From Gracilinanus agilis (lineage: Eukaryota): a stretch of DNA of 64,000 bases. Below the pieces are notes generated by a model. The model searched no databases. It was not told where the DNA came from and saw only the letters and a program-made list of their open reading frames with translations. The position numbers were made by a program, and so were the translations under genes. Position 1 is the first letter of the stretch, and every line of letters begins with the position of its first letter. The stretch spans positions 283,927,920-283,991,919 of the forward strand of contig NC_058134.1 in NCBI RefSeq assembly GCF_016433145.1, written 5' to 3'. Below are positions 22,248 to 35,170 of the stretch, in pieces.

Positions 22248-24302
22248 AGTCCTTGACTGGTCCAGTGGTTTCCTTGACTTCCTTTTTGGTGAGTTAAGAG
22301 ATGCTTTGTGGTCTCTTTTTTTTTAAAATCAAATTTCATATTTTAAAAACATCCCACATTTATCTGTTCTTCTACCTACCCCATTCTAGAAAAACAAAAT
22401 TTTTAATAACTATATTTAGTCAAGAAAAATTTATCAGTTTTGTCTAAAAATGTATTATACTCTGCATGTTTAGTGTTAGTATCTGATCTTTGTAAAAGAA
22501 GGGGGGCATATGTGAACCTTTAGATTTTTTGGTGTCATTCTTGGGGGATTTTTGAGATGGGCCTGGTCTTGCAGAAGGACAAGCTTCCTTTTCTGAAAGT
22601 CCTAAAGATCTTTCTCTGTCAGTTTTCTGTATTTTCAGTTTTATGCTTCAAGTGGAGGCTGGATGATCACTCCTAGAGGGATATTTAGGTATTGATTGGA
22701 CTAGGTGGGCTGGGAAGCTAGTGCCTGAGGGACATAAATATGTTTATTGAAGTCTCTAAGTATGAGGGGGCGTGGTTGGAGTGGAAAAGGAGACCCTGAG
22801 CTGGACATTGACCTTGAGGTTACCTTTAATACTAAGATTCTATAATATTATTTGTGGGTGCCAGGTATGTATGTGCTGAGTTTAGTGCTGAAGTTTGAGA
22901 GAGATCCATAAGAATGAAAGGACACTGATATGGATGACTTAGTGGGATTACAATACCGCAGCTTTAACACACCTTAGACACCACGACCTGAAGACTTGGG
23001 ACCCCTCCTTGTACTATAATGAAATATACTAGAATTGGAGCCCTCCCCTTCTTCTATAGTAAGGCATATCGTTGTCTATCTTTAGTGCAAGTAGCTTCAG
23101 TCATTAGTGGTGAGAAGTCTCAGAGAATAAACTGTATAAAAGTTGGATGCTCCCAGGGAGAATTCATATCAATTTAATAAACATTAAAAAATACTTACCA
23201 TGTGCAAGACATTGTGTAAGGTGCTAAGGATCCAGAGTCAGAAATGTAACAAGTTCTCCTTTAAGGAACTGAAATTTTATTGGATACATGCAGAATTTGA
23301 CTTTATCTAAATTAGGAGGCAAGTCTTGTTTAGAACTCCCCTACTTATGGCTGCTACTGTTCCAGTCCTCTGACCCCAGAATCACTATGAGATCAATATT
23401 CCCTGTCCAGACTTGTCCACCACCTATCCTCATCCTAGGCTGAGATTTTCTTGATGTCCCTTTGGAATCATGAACTCTCTTAAGTTCTGAATCCTACTCT
23501 AAGCTTGGATGGATAGCCTGTGCCTAGCTCCTTTGGTTTTGGGATTGACAGACTCATTTTGCCCTATTTAAATATATCACCATATTTTGATCCTGTTGGT
23601 AATTATTTACTGATCTCTCAGACCATTCTCTCTCTTTTCTCAAGGACTTTGGTGTCAGGTTCTCAGGGTACCTTGGTATATATGTTTATAGCTCCTCAAA
23701 CACTCTGGCTTTCCATTTCATTGCTTCCTGGACTTCTATGATCTATACTTCTCTACACCTCTTTCTGTCTCTATCTCTGTTTCTCTCTCTCACACACACA
23801 AACCACCCAACAGCCATTTATCCTTTGATATCTTTGATCTCATCATTATTGACATATATTCCATCTCTTCAATCCAAAACCTCCCAAAATATTCTATTTG
23901 ACACTAACATTCTGAATTTTCACTGGTCTCTATCACTTACCCCTCTTAAATCTATTCTTTGTTTTTAGGAAAGTTCTCTAGTCATTTTAGTCTTCACTGT
24001 TTTCCTAATTCATCACCCTGACCTGGCATTCTCTCTAGAAGCTATAGTTAACTTGTTCAGTTTTATTTTCTCCTCTAACCTTGAATACTTGTAAACCTAT
24101 CCTAGGACACTTAGCTCAAGTATGATGTCCTACATGAAGCTTTTCCCCATCTCTACCTCCCAGTCATTAACATTGTCTTCTTGAAATTATTTTTCATATA
24201 CATTAAATTTACTTATTTGTGTACATGCTATTTTACCTACAGGAAATGTAAAAGCCTTAAAGGCAGATTCTGTCTTATTTTTCTTTATATATATATATAT
24301 AA

Positions 24303-24485
24303 TTATTCTTTTAAACCTTTACCTTCCCTCTTAGAACTAATACCATGCACTAGTTCCAAGGCAGAAGAGTGATAAGGGCTAGGTAATGGGAGTTAAGTAA
24401 CTTGCCCAAGGTCACACAGCTAGGAAGTGTCTGCAGCCATATTTGAACCCAGGACCTCCCATTTTTAGACCACCTAGCTGCTCCC
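24303..24485 (-). mobile_element. Marsupial CORE-SINE
   Basis: Reverse complement of the SINE at 44227. Confidence 0.85.
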
Positions 24486-27400
24486 TTATATCTATAATAC
24501 TTAATGCAGTTCCTGGCTCATAGTAACTAGTACAAGCTAGATAATTTTATTTTTTTCTTCCTTATGATAATTGTCTTATGTCTCCTACCCTAATTACATG
24601 ATTTTGGTGGTATTTGATCTTTTGTCCAGAGGGAACATTTGTTAACATATGTACATGGTCCCTAATCATAGAGCCAGACAAGGTAACCAGATGACCAGAG
24701 AGATATTGCCCACATGTCCAAGCACCAGGGAGCTTTGGTTGCATCATTAAGGGTAAGGAAACATGTTGTATGTTGTTGGGAATGGTTTGGCTTAATTATT
24801 GTAGAGGAGGGAGAGGGAAGGAGATGAGCAATAATAAATGCTTTATAAAGCATCTATTTTGTGATAGGCACTGTGCTAAGTACTTTATAAATATTATTTG
24901 GAGGAATGATAAGTTGTGAGTATTTCTTAAGATTCAGAAGGTACCAAGTACAAAGGCCCTTTCTCTTTTCTCTGTTTTTGGGGATAAGTACCGTGAGTGT
25001 AGCAGAAGATCCTGAGGCTAGAATCAAGAAAGGACTTTATGATAAAGTCCCCAAGCTCACTGAAAATTACCTTTTCACACTTCTTATTCATTTAACTTTT
25101 TAGTTACTCTACATTCCAGTCCCTTTGGCTGTTCCTTACACATGACATTCCTTCTTTCATCCCTGTGTTTGCTCAGGCATTTGCTCCCATGTTGTCCTCC
25201 CACTTTGTCCTCATCTCCATTTTTTAAAATTCCTATCTTGTTTTGAAACTCAGTGTAAGTCCCATTTTTTACAGCATCCCTTTCTTGATCTTCCCAGATG
25301 TTAGTGCCTTTTCTTTCTCCCACCAAGTTAACTTCTGTTGGTGTACACACAGGTACATATTGTATCACCCAATAGAAAGGTAACCTTTAATGGAAGAGAT
25401 TGTGCCTTGTTTTGTATTTGTATCTCCAGCATCTGACTTATAGTAAGAATTTAATACTTGCTTGCAATTGCAGGTAAGATGGCCACGTGAAAGGTGCAGA
25501 GGACTCAACTCTCTGACCTCTGCTCCAGCGATGATTTAACAAGAGCAGAAGATCAAGCAATAACCCCCAAATCCAAAGTGAATCTTGAGTAAGCTGATTC
25601 ATCTATTCCAGGATTAAAGGAAGAGATGACCAGTAGCTAAGAACCCTGGAAGGGAAAACAGTCCCAAATTTCTAAGCTCATGGATGTCCCAGAAGCTCCT
25701 TGACTAGGAAAACTCCAGCAGTAGAGTGAAGCAGTAGTATGACCAGAATTGTCTCTCAAGTGCATAGATGAGGCAAGATCCTGAATTTGGAAGCTTCAGA
25801 GGGGAGAGAAGACCACCCAGGGTCCTAATAAGGGACATTTTCTACAAAGCTCTGACCTTATAGTGGGAATCAAGTAAGAATTGGCCTAGGGAGATGATTT
25901 TTTAAAAAAAGTACTGTGTTAAGAAAAATGAAGGAAAGGGAACAAATGAGGAGAAATAGGAGAGAACTTAACATAATCAGGGAATGTGAATTGAAGAGCC
26001 TATAAACATGAAAGAAGGGACAGGGGAATGTTGATTATGAATCTCATTTTAATCCGAACGGGATAAAGGAAGTTTTAACCCCACATATCTTAAACTTAGC
26101 AGGGAAATATCAGATAGCAGAGAAGAGGGCAGTTTAGAGGAAGGACATGGATGGTATAAGCAAAACCAAACCAGTGTCAGAGATAGATAATGAAAGGGAG
26201 ATTAAGAGGAAAGAAAGAATAAAAATATGAGGTGGAATTTGATAAGGGAAAGAGAAGTGGACCAGTGGAGCAAGGAGATCATTTCACAATAAGACATTGT
26301 GTTAAGCAAAGTCTTCCTTTACCACCTTCTTTGTAAAGAGAGGAACTGGGCAAAGAAAAGAAAGAAGAATAAGATAATAGAATGAAGAGAATTATGCAAA
26401 TGATTATAACCACATATAACCACATATATGAGTGCCATGAATTCACTCAAGAATGGAAGAAGATAATAGCATAAAAATAAGATAAAAGCAGCATCAAACA
26501 ATTTTTTTTACAAGAAACACATAGGCTTATATAGAATTATAATGAGGGCCTGGAGCAAAATTCAATTGTTTCAGATGAATTTACAAAAATAGGGATAATA
26601 TTCATGATTTTAGAGAAAATTATAGTAAAAATAGAATTAAAAGAGATAGAGATCAATAGGAAAACCCCATTTTGCTTAAAGTTATTAAGGAATCAATATC
26701 AATATTATCTGAGGGGCACTTGGAAGCACCTAAGTGGGATAGTGTGTAGAGTGTTGGATTCAAGAGGATACAAGTCCTAATCCCACTTTAGACATTTATT
26801 TGTTGTGTGACCCAAAGCTATTCAATTAGCCTTTGTCTGCCTTAATTTCCTTAGTTTAAAATTGGGAAGAGTAACAGTAGAGGCATATTTCAGAAATATT
26901 GTGGGTTTGGTTCCAGACCACCATAATAAATCAAGTCAGAAGAATTTTTTTGCCAGTGCACATAAAAGCAATGTTTAAATTATGTTGTAGTCTGTTAAAT
27001 GTGAAGTAGTATTATATTTTAAAGAATCCAATGTACATGCCTTCATTAAAATACTTTATTGCTAAAAATGTTAATTATAATCTGAGTCTTCATGAAATCA
27101 CAATCTTTTTGCTGTTGGAGGATTTTGCCTCAATATTGATGGCTGCTGACTGATCAGAGGGGTGGTGGCTAAAAGTTGGGTTGGCAGTGGTAATTCCTTA
27201 AAATAAGAAAACAGTGAAGTTTGCTTATGAGCTATTCCCCAATTGATAAGTGGTCAAAAGATATAAACATAAAGTTTCTGGATTAAGAAATCAGATGAAT
27301 GTATAATATCTGAAAAATGTTCTAAATCACAATTGACTGGAGAAATTAATCAAAACAGCTCTGAGGTATCACTTCACACCCATTGGACTGGCTAAAATGA

Positions 27401-27840
27401 TAAATGTTGGAGGGAATGTGAAAAAAAGAGGACACTAAAACACTATTGGTGAAAAGCGATCCAACCATTTTGGAGAGCAATCTGGAATTATTCTCAAAGA
27501 GTTATAAAACTGTATATATCTTTTGATGCAGCAATGACACTATTAGGTTTATTTCCCAAGGCGATCAAGGAAAAAAGAAAATTAACCTGTATGTTCTAAA
27601 ATATTTATAGCAATTTTCTTTGGGATGGCAAAGAACTAGAAATTGAAGGGATGCAAATCCATTAGGTAATGGCTAAACAAGTTGTGGCATATGATTGTGA
27701 TGACATACTACTGTGCTGTAAGAAATGATGAGCATTTGGAAATGGAAAAATAAAATAATGTGACAGATTTTGGACATAGCTAATTTGAGAATAATTTGTT
27801 TCTCTTGGATAAACATATTTATTATAATTTATTACATATT

Positions 27841-28020
27841 TTTTTTTAATTTTTTTGTATTTTAAACCCCTTAACTTCTGCGTATTGACTGATAGGTGGA
27901 AGAGTGGTAAGGGTAGGCAATGGGGGTCAAGTGACTTGCCCAGGGTCACACAGCTGGGAAGTGTCTGAGGCCGGATTTGAACCTAGGACCTCCCGTCTCT
28001 AGGCCTGGCTCTCAATCCAC
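27841..28020 (-). mobile_element. Young SINE1_Mdo-like SINE nested in the L1
   Basis: Full head to tail with CpGs; TSD TAATTTATTACATATT (27825-27840, 28021-28036). Confidence 0.92.
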
Positions 28021-28265
28021 TGAGCTACCCAGCTGCCCCCTAATTTATTACATATTTAATAAATCACATATTCTATTATTGTGTTACATGCCATATTGCT
28101 ATATAAAATATATATGCTTTCACAAAAATGGAAATTTTATGAAATTATGAAGTATGAAATGAGCAGAATCAACAGAATATTATTTATAGTAACAGAAATA
28201 TTGTTTGCAGAATGACTTGTGTATATCCACTTCCAGAAAGAGAACTGATAAATAGAAATAAGTAA

Positions 28266-28269
<4 letters not shown>

Positions 28270-28313
<44 letters not shown>

Positions 28314-28320
28314 TTTTTGT
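28270..28320. repeat. (TA)n plus poly-T microsatellite; similar (TA)n at 40205-40235 and 24288-24300
   Basis: Read directly. Confidence 0.95.
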
Positions 28321-29297
28321 CAAATGATGCCCTCTCTAATGGACAAATGGAAGGGAAGTACAGAGTTATCCAGGAATTTTAATTTAATTTAATTTAATAA
28401 AATATATTTAATATTTAACATAACAAAATAAATAAATTTAAATTAAAAATATAACAGTGAAGTTTGCTGTATTGAGTCTTCATTTCTTTTGAGCACTTAG
28501 GGGTCATTGTAGGGTCATAAACTGATTTCATTTCAATATTGTTTCTTCTCATGGAATGGGGAAACTGGAGAAGAAGGAGAGAGACTGGGAATAGTTTTTC
28601 TATGGAAAAATCAGAACATATACAACATTTATCTATTAAGTTCACCATCTTATATGGGCATTTTATACTGCCTCAAAAAATTACAATTGGACCATCAAAG
28701 ATCACTGATCAACATAACAGATATAATAATATTGAAAAAGCTTGAAATATTATAAAAATGTGACACAGAGGCTTGTTTGAGTACATGCTGTTTGAAAAAT
28801 GATGCCAGTAGATTTGTTTGATGCAAGATCTCCACAAACCTTCCATGCATAAAAGATGTAATTTCTGTTAAGTTTAATAAAGGGAAGCCCAATAAGATGA
28901 GGCATGTCTGTACATACCTCCCAAAATTGTTGTGATGATAAAAAGGTAATTTTTGAAAAGGAGCATTCAAACTTTAAAGGGTTATAGAAATACCAGTTAT
29001 TATTTCAAGGAGAAAATATCACTGTACCCCTTTATAACCAGAAAAATCTAATCAAAACATAAATGAGAACAAAGTTAAAAACCTGAATAGAATTTTAGAA
29101 ATGTTAGATGTGAAAGTTCTCTCATGATTTCTGCATTTGAACAGAATAGTTTCTCCCTCTGGACACTTGGTGACAGAATAACTAGTGTGGGGAACCTGGA
29201 ATCAGGAAGACTTTAGTTCAAATCCCACCTTAGCCCTTACCTGACTGTGTGGTCTTGATCAGATCACTCAATCTTTCAGTATCAATTACCTGATCTG

Positions 29298-29776
29298 TGT
29301 GGGAATTTAACACTAGCTTAACTGACGTTTATCTGTTTAAGATAAGGGGGGCACCCATACATGGCTCCCTGGCCCCCAGAAGATGTTTGCTTCTTGTCCC
29401 ATGTGATTCCTGGCTTCTGGAAGACTGGCTTTTGATCTGCTTTGAGGTTGGAGTCTGCCAAATCAGAGGGACTTTGAAAAGTGATATCACTGAAAGTTTA
29501 AGTTTGGGACCAGAAAGAAAGAAGGCTATTTTGCCTCAGAATCACAGTGAGGGAAGATGGTGAGGAGAGTATGGGTGAACCCACAGTTGGCCATGCAAGT
29601 GTATTGAGGAAGGTGGTTAGCAGGCTGTCAATGTGTACAAGGGCTACCAAGGCTTGTAAAGGGAACTAGTGACTGCTACCTGGTACATTCCTCCCTCCCC
29701 CCATCTGCCCTATTCTTTTAATTTATTTAATAATTATAAATTAAGACACAGCCTTCAGGAAATTTTAATCTTACCA
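29298..29776 (+). mobile_element. Solo LTR, 479 bp, inserted into a MIR
   Basis: TG...CA ends, TSD TCTG (29294-29297, 29777-29780). Confidence 0.88.
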
Positions 29777-30049
29777 TCTGTAAGATTGGAATAATAACAG
29801 TACTTATAGAATTGCTATGAGAATTAAATTAAATAATACTTGTAAAGTGCTTTCCCATCCTCAAAGCACTATCTAAATTCTATTGCTTCTTTCTCAGCTG
29901 TGCATTTTACATTTACAAAAATTGACCAACTAAAAACTGAATGCATTAGAAACTTCACACTTTCAGAAAAGCAGAAATATTAAACACACCCTCTAATGAA
30001 GATGATGCAATAAATGCATCATCGATGAAGGTAGCTTGGGAAAGGATTA

Positions 30050-31620
30050 AAAATCAATTGGAGCCTAAATGAATTCCAAAGAATTTATAGATCAAAGAAC
30101 AAATCATAGAAGAAGAGATAATTTCATCAAAGAAAATGACAACAATGAGACAACTTAATAAAATGTTTGTTATGTACACTGTAATAAGGAAATAGCATTT
30201 TTAAGGGTAGATAGGGAAAGTTTGCCAAAGCAGGTGGCAGGAGCTGAACATTCTAAAAGCTTGGAATGGTGCAGGGGAGTGACGCAGAACTTGAGTCTTG
30301 GTCAGTTGGTTACCACTGAAGAAGGAGCCTGCTTGTGTTTTGATCTCCCTAAGAAGGCATCATCAATATACCATCATCTGTGTGGGAAGAGCAAGCTAGA
30401 GCTTGGATTTGCAGCTTGGAGGGTAGACCTTCATTCTGTACCACTTCACTGTTTTTACCCCACTGGATCTATTGGCAGAATAACAGCTGAGACCCTGAGA
30501 CACCAGAGAAACAACGCTGGAGGAGTCAGGGATCCAGGAGTGAGATTTCCAAAACCCCTATCCTGCTTGACTTGTTAATAGTGAAAGCTTTAGTGTAGAA
30601 CTCCATTCCCTTGTCCTACTATATGTTATTAGTTATCCCAGTTAAGGAAACCTGTTATGCAACTTCCTAAATCCTTTATCTTCAATAAACAGTTATTATT
30701 GTTTCCTGTCTAATCTCCTTATACCCTAGCAAGAACCCTAGTTTAGGTAGATAAGTTATTATATTAATTCCCAGCAGACTGAAGGCTGGTACTCAGATAG
30801 ACTGATTTAACTGCCATTCCTCTATCTAGGTGTTACACACTTTCTCAAGTCCTTGCTCATTTTTAAAGGTTGGGTTAGTATGTGGTAATTACCTCTAGAT
30901 ATATTTACTGGGTTTATTTAATCAAGTTACCCTAAAACAGTTAACCAAGAGGTGGCAGATTGAATCATCCTTTCTTCAGTTGGCGACCATGCACAAAGCC
31001 GACTTAGTGAAAAATGTACATCTCTCAACTCTTTCTTAATCAAAGACTAAAGGAATGGAATGATGACTTGAGCATGCTTCTAAGATAATTAGGGAAGCAA
31101 CAAATCAAAATCTTCAAGTAAACACCAAATTATAAATTCTGATACTAAAAATTTGAAATCAAAACAATAACAATAATAGCTCATAGAATTGAGAAGAAAA
31201 GTCAGGAGCTGGCATAATGAAGAAAACAAAAGAAACAACTAGTATATCTGATTAAATGCAAAAGAGGAAAACCTAATCACTAATATCCAAAACAGAAAAA
31301 AGAACTCAGAAGAAATGAATATGAAATAAAAACTTTATCAAAAAGCATTTTGACCAATTGTATGCTAACAAAAACCATTAAATAGATGAATTTTCCCCAA
31401 AATATAAAATGTTCTGATTGATTGGATAAAAAAATGAGGATTTAAATGATCTATTTTCAGAAAAAGCAATTAAATTAGTCACAAATTAAACTCCCAAAGA
31501 AAAAGGCCTAGGACAAATAACAAAAATATTATAAATGACATAAATATATTAATATAAGCTGAAAAACTTTCAAACAAAAGTTAACATCCATTTCTGTTAA
31601 AAATATGAATAATTTTTATG
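30050..31620 (+). mobile_element. Ancient L1 ORF2 5' fragment belonging to the duplicated unit (paralogs at 39930-40070 and 52720-53810)
   Basis: A-rich degenerate endonuclease/linker sequence shared between units. Confidence 0.7.
30180..30837 (+). mobile_element. Solo LTR, possibly nested in an older LTR starting at 30168
   Basis: TGTAA...TTACA ends, near-TSD ACAC, AATAAA near 30686. Confidence 0.7.
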
Positions 31621-33650
31621 TCGATAATAGTCGTCATAATAATTATGCTACTATTTGGCTCAGAGGATTGTTGTGAGAAACATACATTATATGTACTGTG
31701 GTATGCTATGACAAGAAGGCTAGATCATGGAACTCTCAATGAATTAGATCTTTCCCAATCCACATGATGAAATCTCCCAATGTAGGGAGCAGTTAACCAA
31801 GACAATGAAGCATTAAAGTGTGTCCCTTTCAGATTTTGAGGGCTTGCATTCATTGTTTGAATGGGTCATACCCAGAGTGATATATTCACATAAAGGGTAC
31901 GAAATTAGGAGTGATGTATTGTTTCATCCATTTTTGACTTTGTTGGCTTATGCAAAAGAACTTTGAAGAATATTCATAATTCTTTTGTCTTTTAGGAGGG
32001 GGGAAGAAATGCCTTAGTCAAGTTAAGAGAATGCTGGGTATAGCATAATTAAGAAAAGGCATTTTTCTCTAATGATCTGAATAACCAGTTGGAAGAACCT
32101 AGCTTATGAGAGAGCATTAAAGCTCTCTGTGGGTCCCGCATTGCCCACCTACAATTACTGTCCTAGTCTTAGTATCTAACCTTTTACTCCTTTGCCATTT
32201 TGCTGGCACTGATGGTGGCTGCAACTGGTAGCTGTTTTGGCAGGAGGGGACCCCACTGCTGCTGTTGGTGGCATCTCCCTCTTACCTCTTGTCTGAGATT
32301 CTGCTCCTTTTACTCTCAGGTAGGGGTTCCTGTCTATGGTGGAGTGATGGCTTTGATTAAGTCCAGGTTTCCACCTGGAATTTGCTGCTAAATTGCCACA
32401 CCACAGATCTGCTGGGTCCCTTGCCATCTTGCCCTTCCTGAAGTTTTTTTTTACTCAACTCCACATTCTTAAGAGTAATGTAGTAACCCTACATGGCTTC
32501 TTCTTGTATTAAGAAAGGAAGGTTTGCTTTCACTTACATTCTGACTGCTATTATCTTTATGAATCTTAACTGCCCAAGGGTTAAGGGGAGGAAAATTAGG
32601 TTATTCCCATCCTGACCAGCAGGCTTGCATCTTCAGAAACCATCTTCGAATTCTGCAAGGCTCACTAGGCAACACTGGGCATATATTTGCTTTTTTTTTT
32701 CCTTCTGAAACTTCATTTCTCTATTTGAGATACTCCCTGCATTCTCTAATTCTTTTGGTGGAGTTGGGGTGGCAAAGATGAAGCTGAAGTGTCTCCTGCC
32801 CAGGTCTCTGAACCTACATTGTAGGGAGCTCTGGGAATAGAAGGAGCGGGCTAGCCAATGTTCATTTCTCCTTAGGTAGGTCAGGCCCTTAAGGAAAAAG
32901 TTTCTCTTCTCACTCCTTTCTTCCCTGTAGATTACACCCTAATCTCCCTTTCTCCTACTTCCTGCTCTGGGGATCCAGCTCCCAAAGAGGTTTGATTCAG
33001 GAATAGTAAATCAGACGACCACATGGGAATGGCTCCTAATGGCTGTTACCTCTAATAGGGACTCTGGGAGGGACATCCATGGGTAATGGGGATCATATCT
33101 GAATGTTTAAAGTTTCCCCCACTCTTTCTCTTTATCTTTTGTGTCTCTGTCTGCTTTAAAGTATTCCATTGTTTCTCTCATCTTTCAACACCATCTCTCT
33201 TTTTTCTTCTTTCTTCTCTCTTGTCTCCTCTTCTTCCTTTCGCCTCTCTTTCCCTTTTTAAAAATCTCTTTCTGTTTCACCCCCTCACATTATTTCTTTA
33301 TGTCTGCCTATATCTGTCCACATCTTTAGTTTCATTTAATATTGAAAGACTAAGGTTTCTTCCCCTAGGACTCAGGGCTCTGTGAGGTGAAAAGGACCAC
33401 GCTGATGTTATATACAACAAAGTGCTTACACTACATCCTGTTTTACTTCTGATAAGTTAATAATTTATCTTATAGTTTTCTGAGAAAGGATATTCTCATA
33501 TTCTATTGTTTATTTACCATAATTGCACGTTTGGGAAGTTCTTGTCTAATCTGGATCTTTCTTTCTGAAGCATTTTGCCTATATCTTTCTCTTCTTTGGG
33601 ACTCTTAACAATTCTCCCTTGGTCCTGTTCCTAGATCCAGATTTAGGGAC

Positions 33651-34580
33651 ATGGATAATGATAATGGGACAGCAGTGACTAAATTTATTTTGTTGGGATT
33701 CTCAGATTTTGGAGCCTATCAGCTTCCCATTTTTTGGGGAGTACTCTTTATCTACCTGGTGACCCTGCTGGGCAACTCCCTGATCATCACCCTTACCCTG
33801 CTTGACTCAGCCCTGAATACTCCCATGTACTTCTTTCTCAGACATCTCTCTATTGTAGAGATTCTCTACACTACCACTATTGTGCCTAGGATGCTGAGTG
33901 ATCTCCTCTCCTCATATCCTGTCATCTCTCCTGCTGGCTGCTTCACCCAGATGTATTTCTTTGCCCTCTTTGGCATTGCTGAATGCTGTCTGCTCACTGC
34001 CATGGCTTATGATCGTTTTGCTGCCATTTGCCGGCCCCTGCACTATGCCACACTGATGAACAGGCAGGTGTGTGTGGGTATGGTGGGTGCTTCTTATCTA
34101 ATGGGGATCACCACAGGAACCACCCACTCCATCTTCATCTTTACCTTGCCCTTCCATGGCACCAATATTGTTCACCACTTTCTATGTGACATTTTACCAG
34201 TTTTGAGGCTGGCCAGTGGAGACACATTCTGGGGTGAAGTTGGAAATCTTGCTGTCACCCTTCTCTTTATCATTACTCCCTTTGCACTGATCTTGTTTTC
34301 CTATGTTCGTATTCTCATTACTATCCTTGGGGTTGCCTCTACTCAGGGACGTCAAAAAGTCTTCTCTACTTGCTCTTCCCACCTAATGGTTGTCACCCTC
34401 TTCTTTGGGACTGGGACTATTGCCTACATGAGACCTCAAGCCAGTTCGACCCAGGACATGGATCAAATTCTCTCCCTTTTCTACACAGTTGTAACCCCTA
34501 TGTTCAACCCTTTTATTTATACCCTGAGGAACAAGGAAGTGATGGGAGCCCTGAAGCGTAAACTAACAAAACACCTTTGA
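33651..34580 (+). CDS. OR10P1-like: Olfactory receptor, OR10P-like (gene 2), intact 309 aa; closest to the human OR10P1 pattern
   Basis: All OR motifs present; retains HFLCDILPVLRLAS and YMRPQA, as recalled for OR10P1. Confidence 0.95.
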   Translation: MDNDNGTAVTKFILLGFSDFGAYQLPIFWGVLFIYLVTLLGNSLIITLTLLDSALNTPMYFFLRHLSIVEILYTTTIVPRMLSDLLSSYPVISPAGCFTQMYFFALFGIAECCLLTAMAYDRFAAICRPLHYATLMNRQVCVGMVGASYLMGITTGTTHSIFIFTLPFHGTNIVHHFLCDILPVLRLASGDTFWGEVGNLAVTLLFIITPFALILFSYVRILITILGVASTQGRQKVFSTCSSHLMVVTLFFGTGTIAYMRPQASSTQDMDQILSLFYTVVTPMFNPFIYTLRNKEVMGALKRKLTKHL

Positions 34581-34847
34581 AGTCCTTGCCTGGTCCAGTG
34601 GTTTTCTTGGCTTCGTTCTTGGTGAGTTGAGAGATGATCTAATCTTTTTTTATTTTTAATAAAATTTTATATTTTTCAGATATCAAATATTTTTCTGTTC
34701 TATCCCTCACTCTAGAAAAAACAGCACTTGTAATAAATATATAAAGTCAAGCAAAACAAATTCCTTTTCTGGCTTTGTCCAAAAGTGTACATCCTATTCT
34801 GGCTGTTTAGTGTTCACCATCAGGACCTGATCTTTGTAATTAAAGGG

Positions 34848-35170
34848 TGTTATGATTAAATTAAACTCTGGTCCTAAATTTCCATAGAGTTTATTAATAT
34901 TTACCTGAATAAGAGAGGACAGACATATAGAGATTGAGGCCTATTCTCAAACTAGCTGTGAAGGAGCTTCTCTCATGGCTCTCTCTCAGCCCACGTCCTT
35001 TCACTACTGTGCCCAAGGGAATAGAGAGAGCATACTTTCGGACCTTTTAACCTCCTCCTCCCTTCTGGGTTAAACTCAATCATCTCCGGATCAAGTATGT
35101 AGGCCACAGTTCTGTGACCTACATTGGAGCACACAGAAGCAGATCAGACCCAAATGTGTGATCCTGGGAG
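34848..35170 (-). mobile_element. LTR-like insertion downstream of gene 2
   Basis: Absent from unit 1 at about 22500; begins TGTTAT; minus-strand AATAAA; right end and TSD unclear. Confidence 0.55.

Larger units (their letters stand above)
27226..28452 (+). mobile_element. 5'-truncated L1 nested in the Tigger
   Basis: ORF2 3' end and AT-rich tail; perfect 16-bp TSD AACAGTGAAGTTTGCT (27210-27225, 28453-28468). Confidence 0.9.
26880..28910 (-). mobile_element. Non-autonomous Tigger1a-like element interrupted by an L1
   Basis: Both Tigger1-type ends (CAGGCATACCTC-like) flanked by TA; no transposase. Confidence 0.88.
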
